NCBI GenBank assembly: GCA_040755995.1
Contig: JBFMAF010000055.1
Location: 128,001-192,000, forward strand
From: Acidobacteriota bacterium
Lineage (GTDB): Bacteria > Acidobacteriota > CAIWXX01
DNA: 64,000 nt
Reading direction: 5' to 3'
Positions 37,773-47,513 of the stretch are shown piece after piece (within the stretch, counting starts at the first letter, position 1; each line of letters opens with the position of its first letter). The position numbers and the translations under genes are program-made. The notes beneath the pieces are model-generated. The model worked only from the letters and a program-made list of their open reading frames with translations, was not told the origin of the DNA and ran no database searches.

Positions 37773-38558
37773 TCAGTTGCCCTTGAAGCGGGGAGCGCGC
37801 TTCTCACGAAGTGCCGTCACCGCCTCGGCGTGGTCATGGCTGCAGAAGCATTGGAGCTGGAGGCGAGATTCGTTTTCGAGCGCCTGCGCCAGATCAGTGG
37901 AGGAGTTCGCAAAGACGGCCTGCTTGGCGAGGGCAACGGCTCGCGTAGGCCCGTCGGCGATCTCTCGTGCCAGCGTCAACGCCTCTTCCACCAATCGATC
38001 GGCAGGTCTCACGGCGCTCACCAGCCCGATACCCAGTGCTTCCTCGGCGGTCAGAACCGTGCCGCGCATGATCATTTCCACGGCACGGCCATGTCCGACG
38101 ATTCGGGGAAGGAAGAATGTGCCGCCGCCATCCGGGATCAACCCCATCTTTATGTAAGCGGACGACAACTTGACCTTCTCTGCCGCCATCCGAATGTCGC
38201 ATGCAAGGGCCAGGTCCAGCCCGGCGCCGGTGGCGAATCCGTTGATGGCTGCTACCACGGGTCGATCCAGGGTCGCGAGCGCCAGGATTATCGACTGATA
38301 CCTCTTCAGAAGAGCGCCGATGCGCGAGTCATCCGCCTCGTCGACGAGCGAGGACATCTCCTGGGCGTCCAGCCCGTAGCAAAAGGCCCTCCCATTCCCG
38401 GTCAGGACGACGGCGCGTACACCCCGGTCGTTCCGGACGTTCTCTATCACCTTCATCAGCTCGTTCAGCATGAGGTCGTTCAGAGCGTTGAACTCGCGAG
38501 GCCGGTTGAGTGAAATCTTGATCACGCTCTCCACGAATTCCAACGCGAGCGTCTGCAT
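37773..38558 (-). CDS. enoyl-CoA hydratase/isomerase (PaaG-like)
   Basis: LNRPREFNAL, LTGNGRAFC.G.D, AAINGFATGAG..LALACD, GLIPDGGG, EKRAPRFKG. Confidence 0.9.
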   Translation of the reverse strand: MQTLALEFVESVIKISLNRPREFNALNDLMLNELMKVIENVRNDRGVRAVVLTGNGRAFCYGLDAQEMSSLVDEADDSRIGALLKRYQSIILALATLDRPVVAAINGFATGAGLDLALACDIRMAAEKVKLSSAYIKMGLIPDGGGTFFLPRIVGHGRAVEMIMRGTVLTAEEALGIGLVSAVRPADRLVEEALTLAREIADGPTRAVALAKQAVFANSSTDLAQALENESRLQLQCFCSHDHAEAVTALREKRAPRFKGN

Positions 38559-38857
38559 AACCCACATCCCCCAAAAACGCGTATCCTAGCACCCGCTAGA
38601 AGAGGGTGTCAATCGATCGCGAGGCAATGGCAACGTGGCAATGACGATCAGACAGGGTCGTAGCCGTCAGCATTGCCGGCATCGACACCGCGACCGGCAC
38701 CACTTGATCCCATAGGACCGACGCTGAGTCCCCGGAAGGATACGGGACTGGCAGCCGTGGAGTACCTCGTGAGGGACGGAATGGCATGGTCCGCGGGTCC
38801 GCGGCGTTGCCGTGCCATTCAGGGGGTGATAGTATGCAGTCTGGAGGAACGAGAACG

Positions 38858-39814
38858 ATGGGCCATGCGGAGATGGCGACCCGGTTGCACCCATCGGCGA
38901 CGTCTCTGGTGCGATATGGTTGGGCCGCCACGATCTTCGCCACATGTGCCCTTCAGGGCTGCTCGGTCCGCCAGCTCGCCATAAGGTCCCTTGGTGACGC
39001 CCTCGCCGCAGGCGCCTCTACCTACGCGAGAGACGATGACCCCGAATTGGTCCGGGACGCACTTCCATTCGCCCTGAAGACGATCGAAGGAGTCCTGACC
39101 GAGAGCCCCAGGCACAGGGGACTGCTGGAGGCGGCGGCCAGCGGCTTCACCCAGTACGCATACGCTTTCGTCGAATGCGAGGCCGACTTCTCGGAGCATG
39201 CCGACCTGGCGCGGGCGACGGAGTTGAGACAGAGAGCCAGAAAGCTCTATCTTCGGGCCAGGGAATACGGATCGAGAGGCATCGAAGTCGGTCACCCGGC
39301 GTTCCGCCGGCTGCTGCAAGGGGACCGTGAACAGGCGTTGATGCAAGTTCGGAAAGAAGAAGTGGGGCTTCTGTACTGGACTGCCGCGGCGTGGGCCGCA
39401 ACCATTTCGATCTCCAAGGAGGATTCCGAGCTGACCGCAGATCTCTCCGTTGTCGAGGCGATGATGGAACGGGCGCTCGTCCTTGACGAGGGTTACGGGG
39501 GCGGGGTGATCCACGATTTCTTCATCGCTTACGAGGGCGGCCGGCCCGCTTCGGCCGGCGGCTCCGTAGACCGCGCTCGCGAACATCTGCAGAAAGCGAC
39601 GGCGCTTTCCAAAGGCCACCGCGCCGCTCCTTTGGTCACCTACGCCGAGACGGTGTGCGTCGGCACGCAGGACCGCGTGGAGTTCCAGAGGCTGCTGAAC
39701 GAAGCCCTCACACTGGACGTACAGCTCGATCCTGACCAGCGCCTCGCGAACTTGATCGCGCAGAAACGGGCCCGCTGGTTGTTGAGTTGCGCAGACGAGC
39801 TTTTCGTGGAGTAA
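38858..39814 (+). CDS. TPAT system TatT component (lipoprotein); start approximate
   Basis: Lipobox LQGC; DDPELVRDALPFALK; TPR-like helices; first gene of a TRAP operon. Confidence 0.82.
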   Translation: MGHAEMATRLHPSATSLVRYGWAATIFATCALQGCSVRQLAIRSLGDALAAGASTYARDDDPELVRDALPFALKTIEGVLTESPRHRGLLEAAASGFTQYAYAFVECEADFSEHADLARATELRQRARKLYLRAREYGSRGIEVGHPAFRRLLQGDREQALMQVRKEEVGLLYWTAAAWAATISISKEDSELTADLSVVEAMMERALVLDEGYGGGVIHDFFIAYEGGRPASAGGSVDRAREHLQKATALSKGHRAAPLVTYAETVCVGTQDRVEFQRLLNEALTLDVQLDPDQRLANLIAQKRARWLLSCADELFVE

Positions 39815-39823
39815 TTCAAGAAC

Positions 39824-40885
39824 ATGAGCAAGCCAAGCCAGATCGCGAGGGAGAAGCGTCCGGCAGGCATATGCGCGCGCATCGGGTTTCCGATCGCGGC
39901 ACTGTTCCTGCTTTGCGCCCCCGGGCGCGCACAGAACGTGCACATAAAGATGGCGACCATCGCCCCGAAAGGTTCTTCGTGGCACCTGATCCTGCAGGAG
40001 ATGGGAGAGCAATGGAAAGCGACCTCCGGCGGTCGCGTGACGCTCACGCTGTATCCTGGAGGCGTTGCTGGAGACGACGGCGACGTGGTCCGAAAGATGC
40101 GTCTCGGCACTATCGGGGCCGGCTTGCTCGCAAGCTCCGGACTGAGCAATATCGATCGATCCATACTCGCTCTTCAGGTGCCCATGATGTACTCCAGCTA
40201 TGAGGAAATCGACTACGTTCTTTCCAAGATGTCCCCGCAGTTCGACAAGGCGTTCGAGGACAAGGGCTTCGTCATCCTGAACTGGGTGAACGCGGGGTGG
40301 GTCCACTTCTTCACGAAGACGCCGGTGCGAACGCCGGATGACATGAAATCTCTGAAGATCTTCGCCTGGGCGGGGGACAACAGCACAGTCGAGCTGTGGA
40401 AATGGGCCGGGTTCAGCCCGATCCCCCTGCCTTCGACGGAGATCTCCACAGCGTTACAGACCGGCCTGGTTACTGCTCTTCCATCGCCGCCCCAGGCGGC
40501 GGTATTGCTGCAGTGGTACACTCACGCGAAGAACATGACTGACGTCAAGTGGGCGGTACTCATCGGGGCCACAGTGATCACGAAGACGGCCTGGGAGAAG
40601 ATCCCCGCTGACGTGAGGCCGGCCGTTCGCGATGCGGCGCGGGCAGCCGGCAAGCGGATGCAGGATGAGGTGCGGAAGCGCGATCAGCTCGATGTGGACG
40701 CTATGGTGAAGCGCGGCTTGAACGTGGTCCACCTGGATGCCGCCACTACCGACCTCTGGCGGCGGCAGGCGGAAGGGGCGTATCCGAGAATGCGCGACTC
40801 CTATGTCCCGGCACGCTACTTCGAGGAGGCACTCGGGTTCCGAGACGAACATCGCAAGGCCAGTATTCCGGGCAAGAACCCGTGA
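39824..40885 (+). CDS. dctP: TRAP transporter substrate-binding protein DctP (TatP)
   Basis: IKMATIAPKGSSW, YPGGVAGD..DVVRKMR, TALQTG. Confidence 0.9.
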   Translation: MSKPSQIAREKRPAGICARIGFPIAALFLLCAPGRAQNVHIKMATIAPKGSSWHLILQEMGEQWKATSGGRVTLTLYPGGVAGDDGDVVRKMRLGTIGAGLLASSGLSNIDRSILALQVPMMYSSYEEIDYVLSKMSPQFDKAFEDKGFVILNWVNAGWVHFFTKTPVRTPDDMKSLKIFAWAGDNSTVELWKWAGFSPIPLPSTEISTALQTGLVTALPSPPQAAVLLQWYTHAKNMTDVKWAVLIGATVITKTAWEKIPADVRPAVRDAARAAGKRMQDEVRKRDQLDVDAMVKRGLNVVHLDAATTDLWRRQAEGAYPRMRDSYVPARYFEEALGFRDEHRKASIPGKNP

Positions 40886-40921
40886 TACTACGGCACAGAT
40901 ACCCGCCCTTGCACCTGGCAT

Positions 40922-41008
40922 GGGACGCGGAGACACGGCGACACGGAGACGCGATAAAGCGGCCCAACACCGTTCTCCGCGTCTCCTCTTCACCGCGTCC
41001 CCGTGTCC
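40922..41008. repeat. inverted arrays of G(G/A/C)GAC(A/G)CG octamers
   Basis: gggacgcg gagacacg gcgacacg gagacgcg (40922-40953) and complementary ccgcgtct/ccgcgtcc/ccgtgtcc (about 40977-41008). Confidence 0.6.
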
Positions 41009-41109
41009 GTCGCGCAAGGCAGGGGCTTCATCCGGCAGAAAAAGGACAGGCCCATCGCGACCAACCGGGTATGGCCAGCCACTCCAATTCAGTAGGGGCT
41101 GAGTAGACG

Positions 41110-42939
41110 ATGGCGGCCGGCGAGCGTCTGAGGGCGATTGCGCGGGGCGCGGAGAACTGGATCCCGGCAATCGCGTTCGTGCTCGCGACCCTCCTCCCGC
41201 TCGTCGACGCCCTGGGCAGGCCTCTGAAGGGTTTTCATGTTCCGGGATCCGCCTCGTACATGCAGCAGCTCACCCTTTGGCTGGCGTTTCTTGGCGGGCT
41301 GCTCGCTGTCCGCGAAGGAAAGCACCTGACACTCTCGACCGCCGTCGCGAGGGGACAAGGACGGGGGCGGCGGCTCGCGGCCTTCTTCGCCTACGCGACG
41401 GCGAGCGCCGTCACTGCCGTGCTCGCCTACGCCAGCTACGGGATCGTAGTGGCGGACCGCCAGCAGGGCAGGCTGCTGCCGATAGGCATTCCCGAATGGG
41501 TCAGCGAGTGCATCATGCCGGTGGCCCTGGGCCTCATGGCGGCTCGCTTCGCCCTCCGCGCTTCCGAACGTCGTTGGGGCAAGATCCTGGCGTTCGCGGC
41601 CACGGCGGGCGTGCTGTGCATCGGGTTTGTTCCCTCAGCCTTCGCGCCCTATGTGCTGCCGCTGGCGGGGCTCGTCCTGCTGGCCGCCCTCCTCGGCACA
41701 CCCGTATATGTCGCCATGGGTGGAATCGCGCTCCTGCTCTTCTTCAGGGAGGGCACGCCCGTCTCGGCCGTCTCGGCCGAGATATATCGCCTCGTGGCGT
41801 CGCCGACGCTCCCGGCGATTCCTCTGCTCACCGCCTGCGGTTACGTGCTGGCCGAGTCGAGGGCATCGCATCGTCTGGTTCGCTTCTTCCACGCGCTTTT
41901 CGGATGGATGCCCGGCGGAGTCGCTGTGTTGGTGGCTGCGGTGTGCGCCGTCTTCACGACGTTCACGGGCGGATCTGGGGTGACGATCATCGCGCTCGGC
42001 GGATTGGTATATCCTATCCTGCGCGAGGATGGGTACTCGGAGGGATTCTCGCTGGGGCTCGTGACTGCGGCCGGCAGTCTCGGCCTCCTGTTTCCCCCGA
42101 GCCTGCCCGTGATACTCTACAGCGTGGTGGCCGGAGTCCCCGCCGACCTGCTCTATCTCGCCGGCCTCCTTCCAGGCACTCTTCTAGTGGTCCTCGTGGC
42201 CGTCTACGGCATCCACGTAGGCCGGAAGACTGCCCAGCGCGACACTGCGTTCTCGGCGAGAGAGCTGGTGGCCGCCGCGTGGGAGGCCAAGTGGGAGCTC
42301 TCAGTGCCCATTGTCGTGATCGTGCTGTTCATGAGCGGAGTCGCGTCCATGGTGGAGACCGCGGCCGCAGCCTGCGCTTATGCGATCGTGATCGAGTGCT
42401 TCATCAAGAGGGATCTGCATCTCACGCGCGATCTGCCGAGGGTGCTGGTGAAGGCAGGCGCGCTTGTGGGCGCAGTGCTGATCCTGTTGAGCACGGCCAT
42501 GGGCCTGACGAGCTACCTCGTCGATGCACAGGTGCCGGACCGCCTTCTCGATGGTGTAACGGCCCACATCCACTCGCCCCTGCTCTTTCTGCTCGTGCTG
42601 AACGTCATTCTGCTGATTCTCGGGAGCGTGATCGAGATCTACTCGGCCATCGTGATCCTGACCCCGCTGATAGCTCCGCTGGGGGTTGCATACGGAGTAG
42701 ACCCGGTCCATCTGGGCGTCATCTTCCTGGCAAACCTCGAGCTGGGATTCCTGTTCCCGCCGGTAGGCCTCAACCTGTTCCTCTCATCGTCACGCTTCGG
42801 GAAACCGCTGCCGATGCTCTACCGGCACGTGCTCCCGTTTCTCCTGATCCTCGGCGTCGGGGTCCTGCTGATAACGTACCTGCCGGAGATGACCCTGGCG
42901 TTGTTGAGGCTTCTGGGCAAACACCCGCCCGCAGGTTGA
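41110..42939 (+). CDS. dctM: TRAP transporter fused small/large permease (DctQM)
   Basis: N-terminal DctQ-like 4-TM region, then LPAIPL, GGSGVTI, GSLGLLFPPSLP, GVDPVHLG...PPVGLNLF. Confidence 0.92.
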   Translation: MAAGERLRAIARGAENWIPAIAFVLATLLPLVDALGRPLKGFHVPGSASYMQQLTLWLAFLGGLLAVREGKHLTLSTAVARGQGRGRRLAAFFAYATASAVTAVLAYASYGIVVADRQQGRLLPIGIPEWVSECIMPVALGLMAARFALRASERRWGKILAFAATAGVLCIGFVPSAFAPYVLPLAGLVLLAALLGTPVYVAMGGIALLLFFREGTPVSAVSAEIYRLVASPTLPAIPLLTACGYVLAESRASHRLVRFFHALFGWMPGGVAVLVAAVCAVFTTFTGGSGVTIIALGGLVYPILREDGYSEGFSLGLVTAAGSLGLLFPPSLPVILYSVVAGVPADLLYLAGLLPGTLLVVLVAVYGIHVGRKTAQRDTAFSARELVAAAWEAKWELSVPIVVIVLFMSGVASMVETAAAACAYAIVIECFIKRDLHLTRDLPRVLVKAGALVGAVLILLSTAMGLTSYLVDAQVPDRLLDGVTAHIHSPLLFLLVLNVILLILGSVIEIYSAIVILTPLIAPLGVAYGVDPVHLGVIFLANLELGFLFPPVGLNLFLSSSRFGKPLPMLYRHVLPFLLILGVGVLLITYLPEMTLALLRLLGKHPPAG

Positions 42940-43010
42940 GGCCTGTCCGACGCCGGCCTGCCTGGCCGGCGAGCGCCAAGGGACTCCCATCGGAACATGG
43001 GACGGCTGAC

Positions 43011-43039
43011 TTGACTGCCCGAGCCGTCCATTCTATTAT
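43011..43039 (+). promoter_or_regulatory. sigma-70-type promoter for the ferredoxin gene
   Basis: TTGACT, 17-nt spacer, TATTAT. Confidence 0.55.
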
Positions 43040-43204
43040 CACTGCCTTTTGGAGGATTTTGGCTCGTGACTGCTGACGATCGACCGAAGGACGCACTGGG
43101 CGCTGCCGCCGTACAGCACACATTGCGGCGCGACAAGGCAGATGGAGCGGGCGGAGTCTGCGCCCGCTGGGAATAATAGTCACAACCAACCCAAAGGAGA
43201 GGAA

Positions 43205-43453
43205 ATGGCTCTGAAGATTTTCGAGGAGTGCATCAACTGTGGGGCGTGTGAGCCGGTCTGCCCGAACAAGGCGATCGCAGAGGGCGATCCGATCTACACG
43301 ATCGACCCGGACCTGTGCACCGAGTGCGAAGGGTTCCACGACGAGAAGCAGTGCGTCACGGTATGCCCGGTCGACTGCATACATGAGGACCCCGATCACG
43401 TTGAGAGCAAGGAAGAGCTGCTGGCGAAGAAGGTGCGGATCCACGGCTCCTAG
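43205..43453 (+). CDS. YfhL-family 2[4Fe-4S] ferredoxin
   Basis: MALKIFEECINCGACEPVCPN...IDPDLCTECEGFHDEKQCVTVCPVDCI; RBS GGAGAGGA. Confidence 0.93.
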   Translation: MALKIFEECINCGACEPVCPNKAIAEGDPIYTIDPDLCTECEGFHDEKQCVTVCPVDCIHEDPDHVESKEELLAKKVRIHGS

Positions 43454-43478
43454 ATCCGCGTCCTCCCCATTACTCAAG

Positions 43479-43506
43479 TCCCAAGGCGGCCGCCGTTGCC
43501 TTGGGA
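43479..43506. terminator. hairpin between convergent genes, possible terminator
   Basis: TCCCAAGGCGGC-CGCC-GTTGCCTTGGGA 12-bp stem (two G-U pairs); no clear U-tract. Confidence 0.45.
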
Positions 43507-43700
43507 TGAAGGCTTCTGAGAGCTCCTCTCGCTTGCCGCGAACAGGGGCGAGGAGGAGACCGCGGGGCGCAGGCTCCGACCGCGACCAGTGTGCTCCGCG
43601 TTCGGGCGGCCGCACAGTACGTTCCACGAACGAATGCCGGCGGCAGCGCCGTCACGATGGTGAACGGCCCACGCGTTCTTGAGCGGCTAAGTCTCCCCTC

Positions 43701-45041
43701 TCATGCTCCCAGCACTCTCGACATGGCCCGCACCAGGCACATGACGAGCTCCTCTGACTCAGACTCCGAGATCACGAACGGCGGGCCCAGGAGTATGCAT
43801 TCGCCCTCTCGATCGGCCAGCGCCAGCGAGCTGGGGTAGACGACAAGACCCTCATCGAGACAGGCCCGCGTCAACCGCTCCGCGACTTCATCGGCGGCAT
43901 CGAAGGGCTGCATGATGCCGCGATCCTTGAAGATGTCCACAGCCATCATCAAACCTACACCTCGGATGTTCGCCCCGAGATGAGGGTGCTCACCCGCGAG
44001 ATCGCTCAGCAGTCCCCGCAAGAATGAGCCGGCCCTATCTGCGCGCGCTATCAGACCGTCCCGCTCGACTATCTCCAGCACCTTGCACGCGGTCGCGCAG
44101 CTCAGCGGATTGGCGGCGAATGTGAAGTTGTTGATGAACGCACCGCTGCCCGCCTCGAAGGCGGCATACACCCTCTCGCTCACCAGCAGCGCCGCGAGTG
44201 GAGTGTAGCCCGAAGTGATCCCCTTGCCGAGTATGCAGATGTCCGGCAGTGCATCGAAGTGCGATGTGGCGAGGAATCGTCCGGTTCGCCCGGTGCCGCA
44301 CATGATCTCGTCCGCGATCAACACGACGCGGTGGCGCGCGCAGATCTCGGCGACCAGCTTCAGGTAGCCGCGCGGCGGAATGATCACTCCCCCGGACGAG
44401 CCCGTGACGGTCTCGGCGATGAAACAGGAGACGTTCTCCGGGCCCGCCCGCAGGATTTCCCGCTCGAGCTGCCTCGCGCAGTACAGATCGCAGGACGGGT
44501 AGGAGAGATGGTAGGGGCAGGAGGCGCAGTGAGGCAGTGCGATCTTGGGTGAGGCGAAGAGATAGGGTGCATAGTGTCGCCTTCGTCCGGCGTTGCCGCC
44601 GGCCGACAGGCAGGCCAGTGTGTTGCCGTGGTAGCTGGGTTGCCGGCCGATCACGAGCGACTTGCCGCGCTCTCCGCATTCTACGTGAAACTGCCGGGCC
44701 ATCTTGATGGCGGTCTCGACAGCCTCGCTTCCGCTCGACACAAAGTACGCGTATGGCAGATGGGGACTCCCCATTCGTGCGAGCCTCTCGGCCAGTTCGA
44801 TTTGTGGATCGTGCGTGAATCGGGCGATTGGGGCGAAGGCGAGCGTCTCGGCCTGCCGCCGGACGTGCTCCGCGACCTCGCGGCTCCCGTGACCGATGGA
44901 ACAGACGAGAGCCCCCCCGGCGCCGTCCAGGTATCGCTTACCACTGCGGTCGTACAGATAGACGCCGTCGCCGCGGCAGAGAACCGGATAGTCCCTGTGC
45001 AGGTTTCGATAGAAAACGTGGTCGCCCTGTCTCGTACCCAT
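43701..45041 (-). CDS. class III PLP-dependent aminotransferase
   Basis: GDGVYLYD..GKRYLDG, SGSEAVETAIK, SYHGNT, LIADEIMCGTGRTG, LGKGITSGY.PL. Confidence 0.92.
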   Translation of the reverse strand: MGTRQGDHVFYRNLHRDYPVLCRGDGVYLYDRSGKRYLDGAGGALVCSIGHGSREVAEHVRRQAETLAFAPIARFTHDPQIELAERLARMGSPHLPYAYFVSSGSEAVETAIKMARQFHVECGERGKSLVIGRQPSYHGNTLACLSAGGNAGRRRHYAPYLFASPKIALPHCASCPYHLSYPSCDLYCARQLEREILRAGPENVSCFIAETVTGSSGGVIIPPRGYLKLVAEICARHRVVLIADEIMCGTGRTGRFLATSHFDALPDICILGKGITSGYTPLAALLVSERVYAAFEAGSGAFINNFTFAANPLSCATACKVLEIVERDGLIARADRAGSFLRGLLSDLAGEHPHLGANIRGVGLMMAVDIFKDRGIMQPFDAADEVAERLTRACLDEGLVVYPSSLALADREGECILLGPPFVISESESEELVMCLVRAMSRVLGA

Positions 45042-45163
45042 GTGACCCTCTCAGTCCTTCATGTATTGCCAGCGAGGCGCGGCCTCAGACCGATGAATCA
45101 TGACCCGCTCCGCCGTACCCAGGCCGAAGGTCGTACCCGACTGGGGCCGCAATCGTGTTCATG

Positions 45164-46258
45164 CTACCCCTGCGTGACGCAGTCGGCGCTGGCGGCGGTG
45201 TGGAATCGTCTGCGCAGTTCATTCATGTTGAAGTCGCGATAAACGGGATGTACGCGGTTGGTGAGCAGCACGGCGATCAGCTCCCGATCGGGGTCGATCG
45301 CCACGCTCGTTCCGGTTGTGCCCCACATCGCGACGGCTCGTGGAGAAAGGGCCGGTCCGGCAACCGAATTGCGTGCCGTCTGCAGCTGAAATCCGATCGT
45401 ACGATGGTCCTCGTGCTCGCCGCCGAGATTGCGGATGAACAGGGCTGCTTCGTCGCCGCGGAGGAGCCTTTCGGGCTTCAGCAGTTCGGTCGCAATGGCA
45501 TGCACGTCGCGCGCGGCTCCGAAGAGCCCTGCGTTGCCCGAGGCACCTCCGAGGGTGAAGGCGTTGTGGTCGTGCACCTGCCCCCGGATGATCGCCTGCC
45601 GGAATCCCGGGTAGTTGGCGGCCCGCACACCGCACTTGTTTCGTTCGAACACGTTTCCCCTCTCGGTTGCCGCGATCCGGGGCAGGAATTCCACCGGCGG
45701 GTTGAACATGCACGTGGTCAGACCCAGCGGTGTCGCGACAAGGTCTCGGAAGAGCGTCTGGACGGTCGAGCTCGTCGCATGCTCGATTATGCGGCTGAGC
45801 TGGATGTAGCCGAGGCAGCTGTAAACGGTGTCCGTGCCGGGCCTGTACCGCAAGCCGATTCTGTCCAGCCCCCTGAACATCTCCTTCCGTTCCTCGCCGA
45901 AGAGATACAGCGGCTCCCAGTCGGGCAGGCCGGACGTGTGTGTCAGGAGCTGCAGGATCGTGATGTCCCGCCGGCCCTCCCACTCGTAGGCCGGCAGGTA
46001 TCGGCGTACTGGATCGTTCACATTGATGTGGCGGTTTCGGTGGAGCAGCAGTGCGAGGATTGAACTGGATAGAGGTTTGGTCAGAGACGCCAGATCGTAG
46101 ATCGTCGCTGCGTCTGCCTCGACCAATTCAGGCTCGACACACGCGTGTCCACGGGCTCTTTCCTCAATCACGGATCCGGATCGCGCGACGATGTAAGAGC
46201 AAGAGGGCAGGTGACCTTGCTCAAGCGCCTCGTCCAGCACGGCCGATGCTTGCGACAT
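45164..46258 (-). CDS. serine hydrolase, beta-lactamase class C/esterase family
   Basis: YDLASLTK (SxxK), LLTHTSGL, YSCLG, G.VHDHNA, GNAGLF, LLTNRVHP. Confidence 0.88.
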   Translation of the reverse strand: MSQASAVLDEALEQGHLPSCSYIVARSGSVIEERARGHACVEPELVEADAATIYDLASLTKPLSSSILALLLHRNRHINVNDPVRRYLPAYEWEGRRDITILQLLTHTSGLPDWEPLYLFGEERKEMFRGLDRIGLRYRPGTDTVYSCLGYIQLSRIIEHATSSTVQTLFRDLVATPLGLTTCMFNPPVEFLPRIAATERGNVFERNKCGVRAANYPGFRQAIIRGQVHDHNAFTLGGASGNAGLFGAARDVHAIATELLKPERLLRGDEAALFIRNLGGEHEDHRTIGFQLQTARNSVAGPALSPRAVAMWGTTGTSVAIDPDRELIAVLLTNRVHPVYRDFNMNELRRRFHTAASADCVTQG

Positions 46259-46385
46259 ACCGGGATTCTTACCAGACTCCGGCGAATTTGCAAACGGACC
46301 GGGGGACAGCAGACTTCGCCCACCCGGCAATCCGTCTCTGGCGATGCATTGCCTTGCGCCGAATGGGCTAGCATAATACTGCTGT

Positions 46386-47453
46386 ATGGATCTGAGCCTC
46401 TTCGATTACGACCTGCCGGCTGACAGGATCGCGCAGGTGCCGTTGCCGAGGCGGGACGCCTCGCGGATGATCGTGCTGCGCGAAGGACGCATCGAGGACA
46501 GGTTGTTCGAGGATCTCCCGTCGTTGCTCGGCGCCGATGACCTCGTCGTCCTGAACGAGAGCCGCGTCTTCCCGGCGCGCCTCCGGGACGGCAACCGAGA
46601 GATCCTGTTCCTCAGGCCCGTTGGGGACGGACCGAGGTGGGAGGCGCTCTGCAGACCGGCGAGGCGCTTCTCGCCCGGCCGCACGTTGACGATGCGCGGG
46701 ATCACGGTAGCAGTGGAGCGTACGGTCGAGGGCGTCGGCAAACGGGTGCTTCGAATCCCTGAAGGGCTGGATCTGATGGTGGAGCTGGAGAGGCTGGGGG
46801 AGCCGCCGCTGCCGCCGTACATTCTGAGAGACGACGATCCACTGATGAGACGCATGGACCTCGAACGCTACCAGGCCATCTTCGCAGCGAACACCGGATC
46901 GGCGGCGGCTCCAACCGCCGGCCTGCACTTCACAGAAGGCATGCTGGCGAGAATCCGGTCCACCTGCCGGATCGCGCACCTCACGCTGCACGTGTCGAAC
47001 GCCACATTTCAGCCGATCCGTACGCGGCGGATCGAGGAGCACCGGCTGGAGCCTGAGGAGTACGTTATAGGTGAGGACGTCGTCAGGGAGATCGAGCGTG
47101 CGCGGATCAGGAACGGGCGTGTGGTCGCGGTGGGGACGACGGTGGTGCGGGCCCTGGAGAGCGCTGCGGCCGTAGGCGCGCTCGAGCATGGGCCCGGGAG
47201 CGCCTCCGCATACATCACGCCGGGCTATAGGTTCCGCGTCGTCGACGCCCTGTTGACGAACTTCCACCAACCGCGTTCCTCACTGCTCGTGCTGGTGTCA
47301 GCCTTCGCAGGAATCGACTCGATCCGAGCTGCCTATGGTCATGCACTCGGCGCCGGCTACCGTTTCTTGAGCTACGGCGACTGCATGTTTGTCTGCCGGG
47401 CGGATTCCCGCGACCTACCGGCTGCACATCGCGACATGAGTCGCGAGGTCTAG
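46386..47453 (+). CDS. queA: S-adenosylmethionine:tRNA ribosyltransferase-isomerase
   Basis: FDYDLPADRIAQ, PLPPYI, GSAAAPTAGLHF, VGTTVVRALES, TNFHQP, YRFLSYGD. Confidence 0.96.
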   Translation: MDLSLFDYDLPADRIAQVPLPRRDASRMIVLREGRIEDRLFEDLPSLLGADDLVVLNESRVFPARLRDGNREILFLRPVGDGPRWEALCRPARRFSPGRTLTMRGITVAVERTVEGVGKRVLRIPEGLDLMVELERLGEPPLPPYILRDDDPLMRRMDLERYQAIFAANTGSAAAPTAGLHFTEGMLARIRSTCRIAHLTLHVSNATFQPIRTRRIEEHRLEPEEYVIGEDVVREIERARIRNGRVVAVGTTVVRALESAAAVGALEHGPGSASAYITPGYRFRVVDALLTNFHQPRSSLLVLVSAFAGIDSIRAAYGHALGAGYRFLSYGDCMFVCRADSRDLPAAHRDMSREV

Positions 47454-47513
47454 CGGGTGGTGATGTCGGGCTTTCGGCCCGCGTCGCGAGAGCGGCACCG
47501 GAAGAACGACAAA

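Noticed and set aside
45164..46258. Antibiotic-resistance beta-lactamase
   Set aside because: SxxK is present but the YxN and KTG-equivalent motifs are altered (YSC, WGTTG) and there is no signal peptide; more likely an esterase or peptidoglycan-fragment hydrolase
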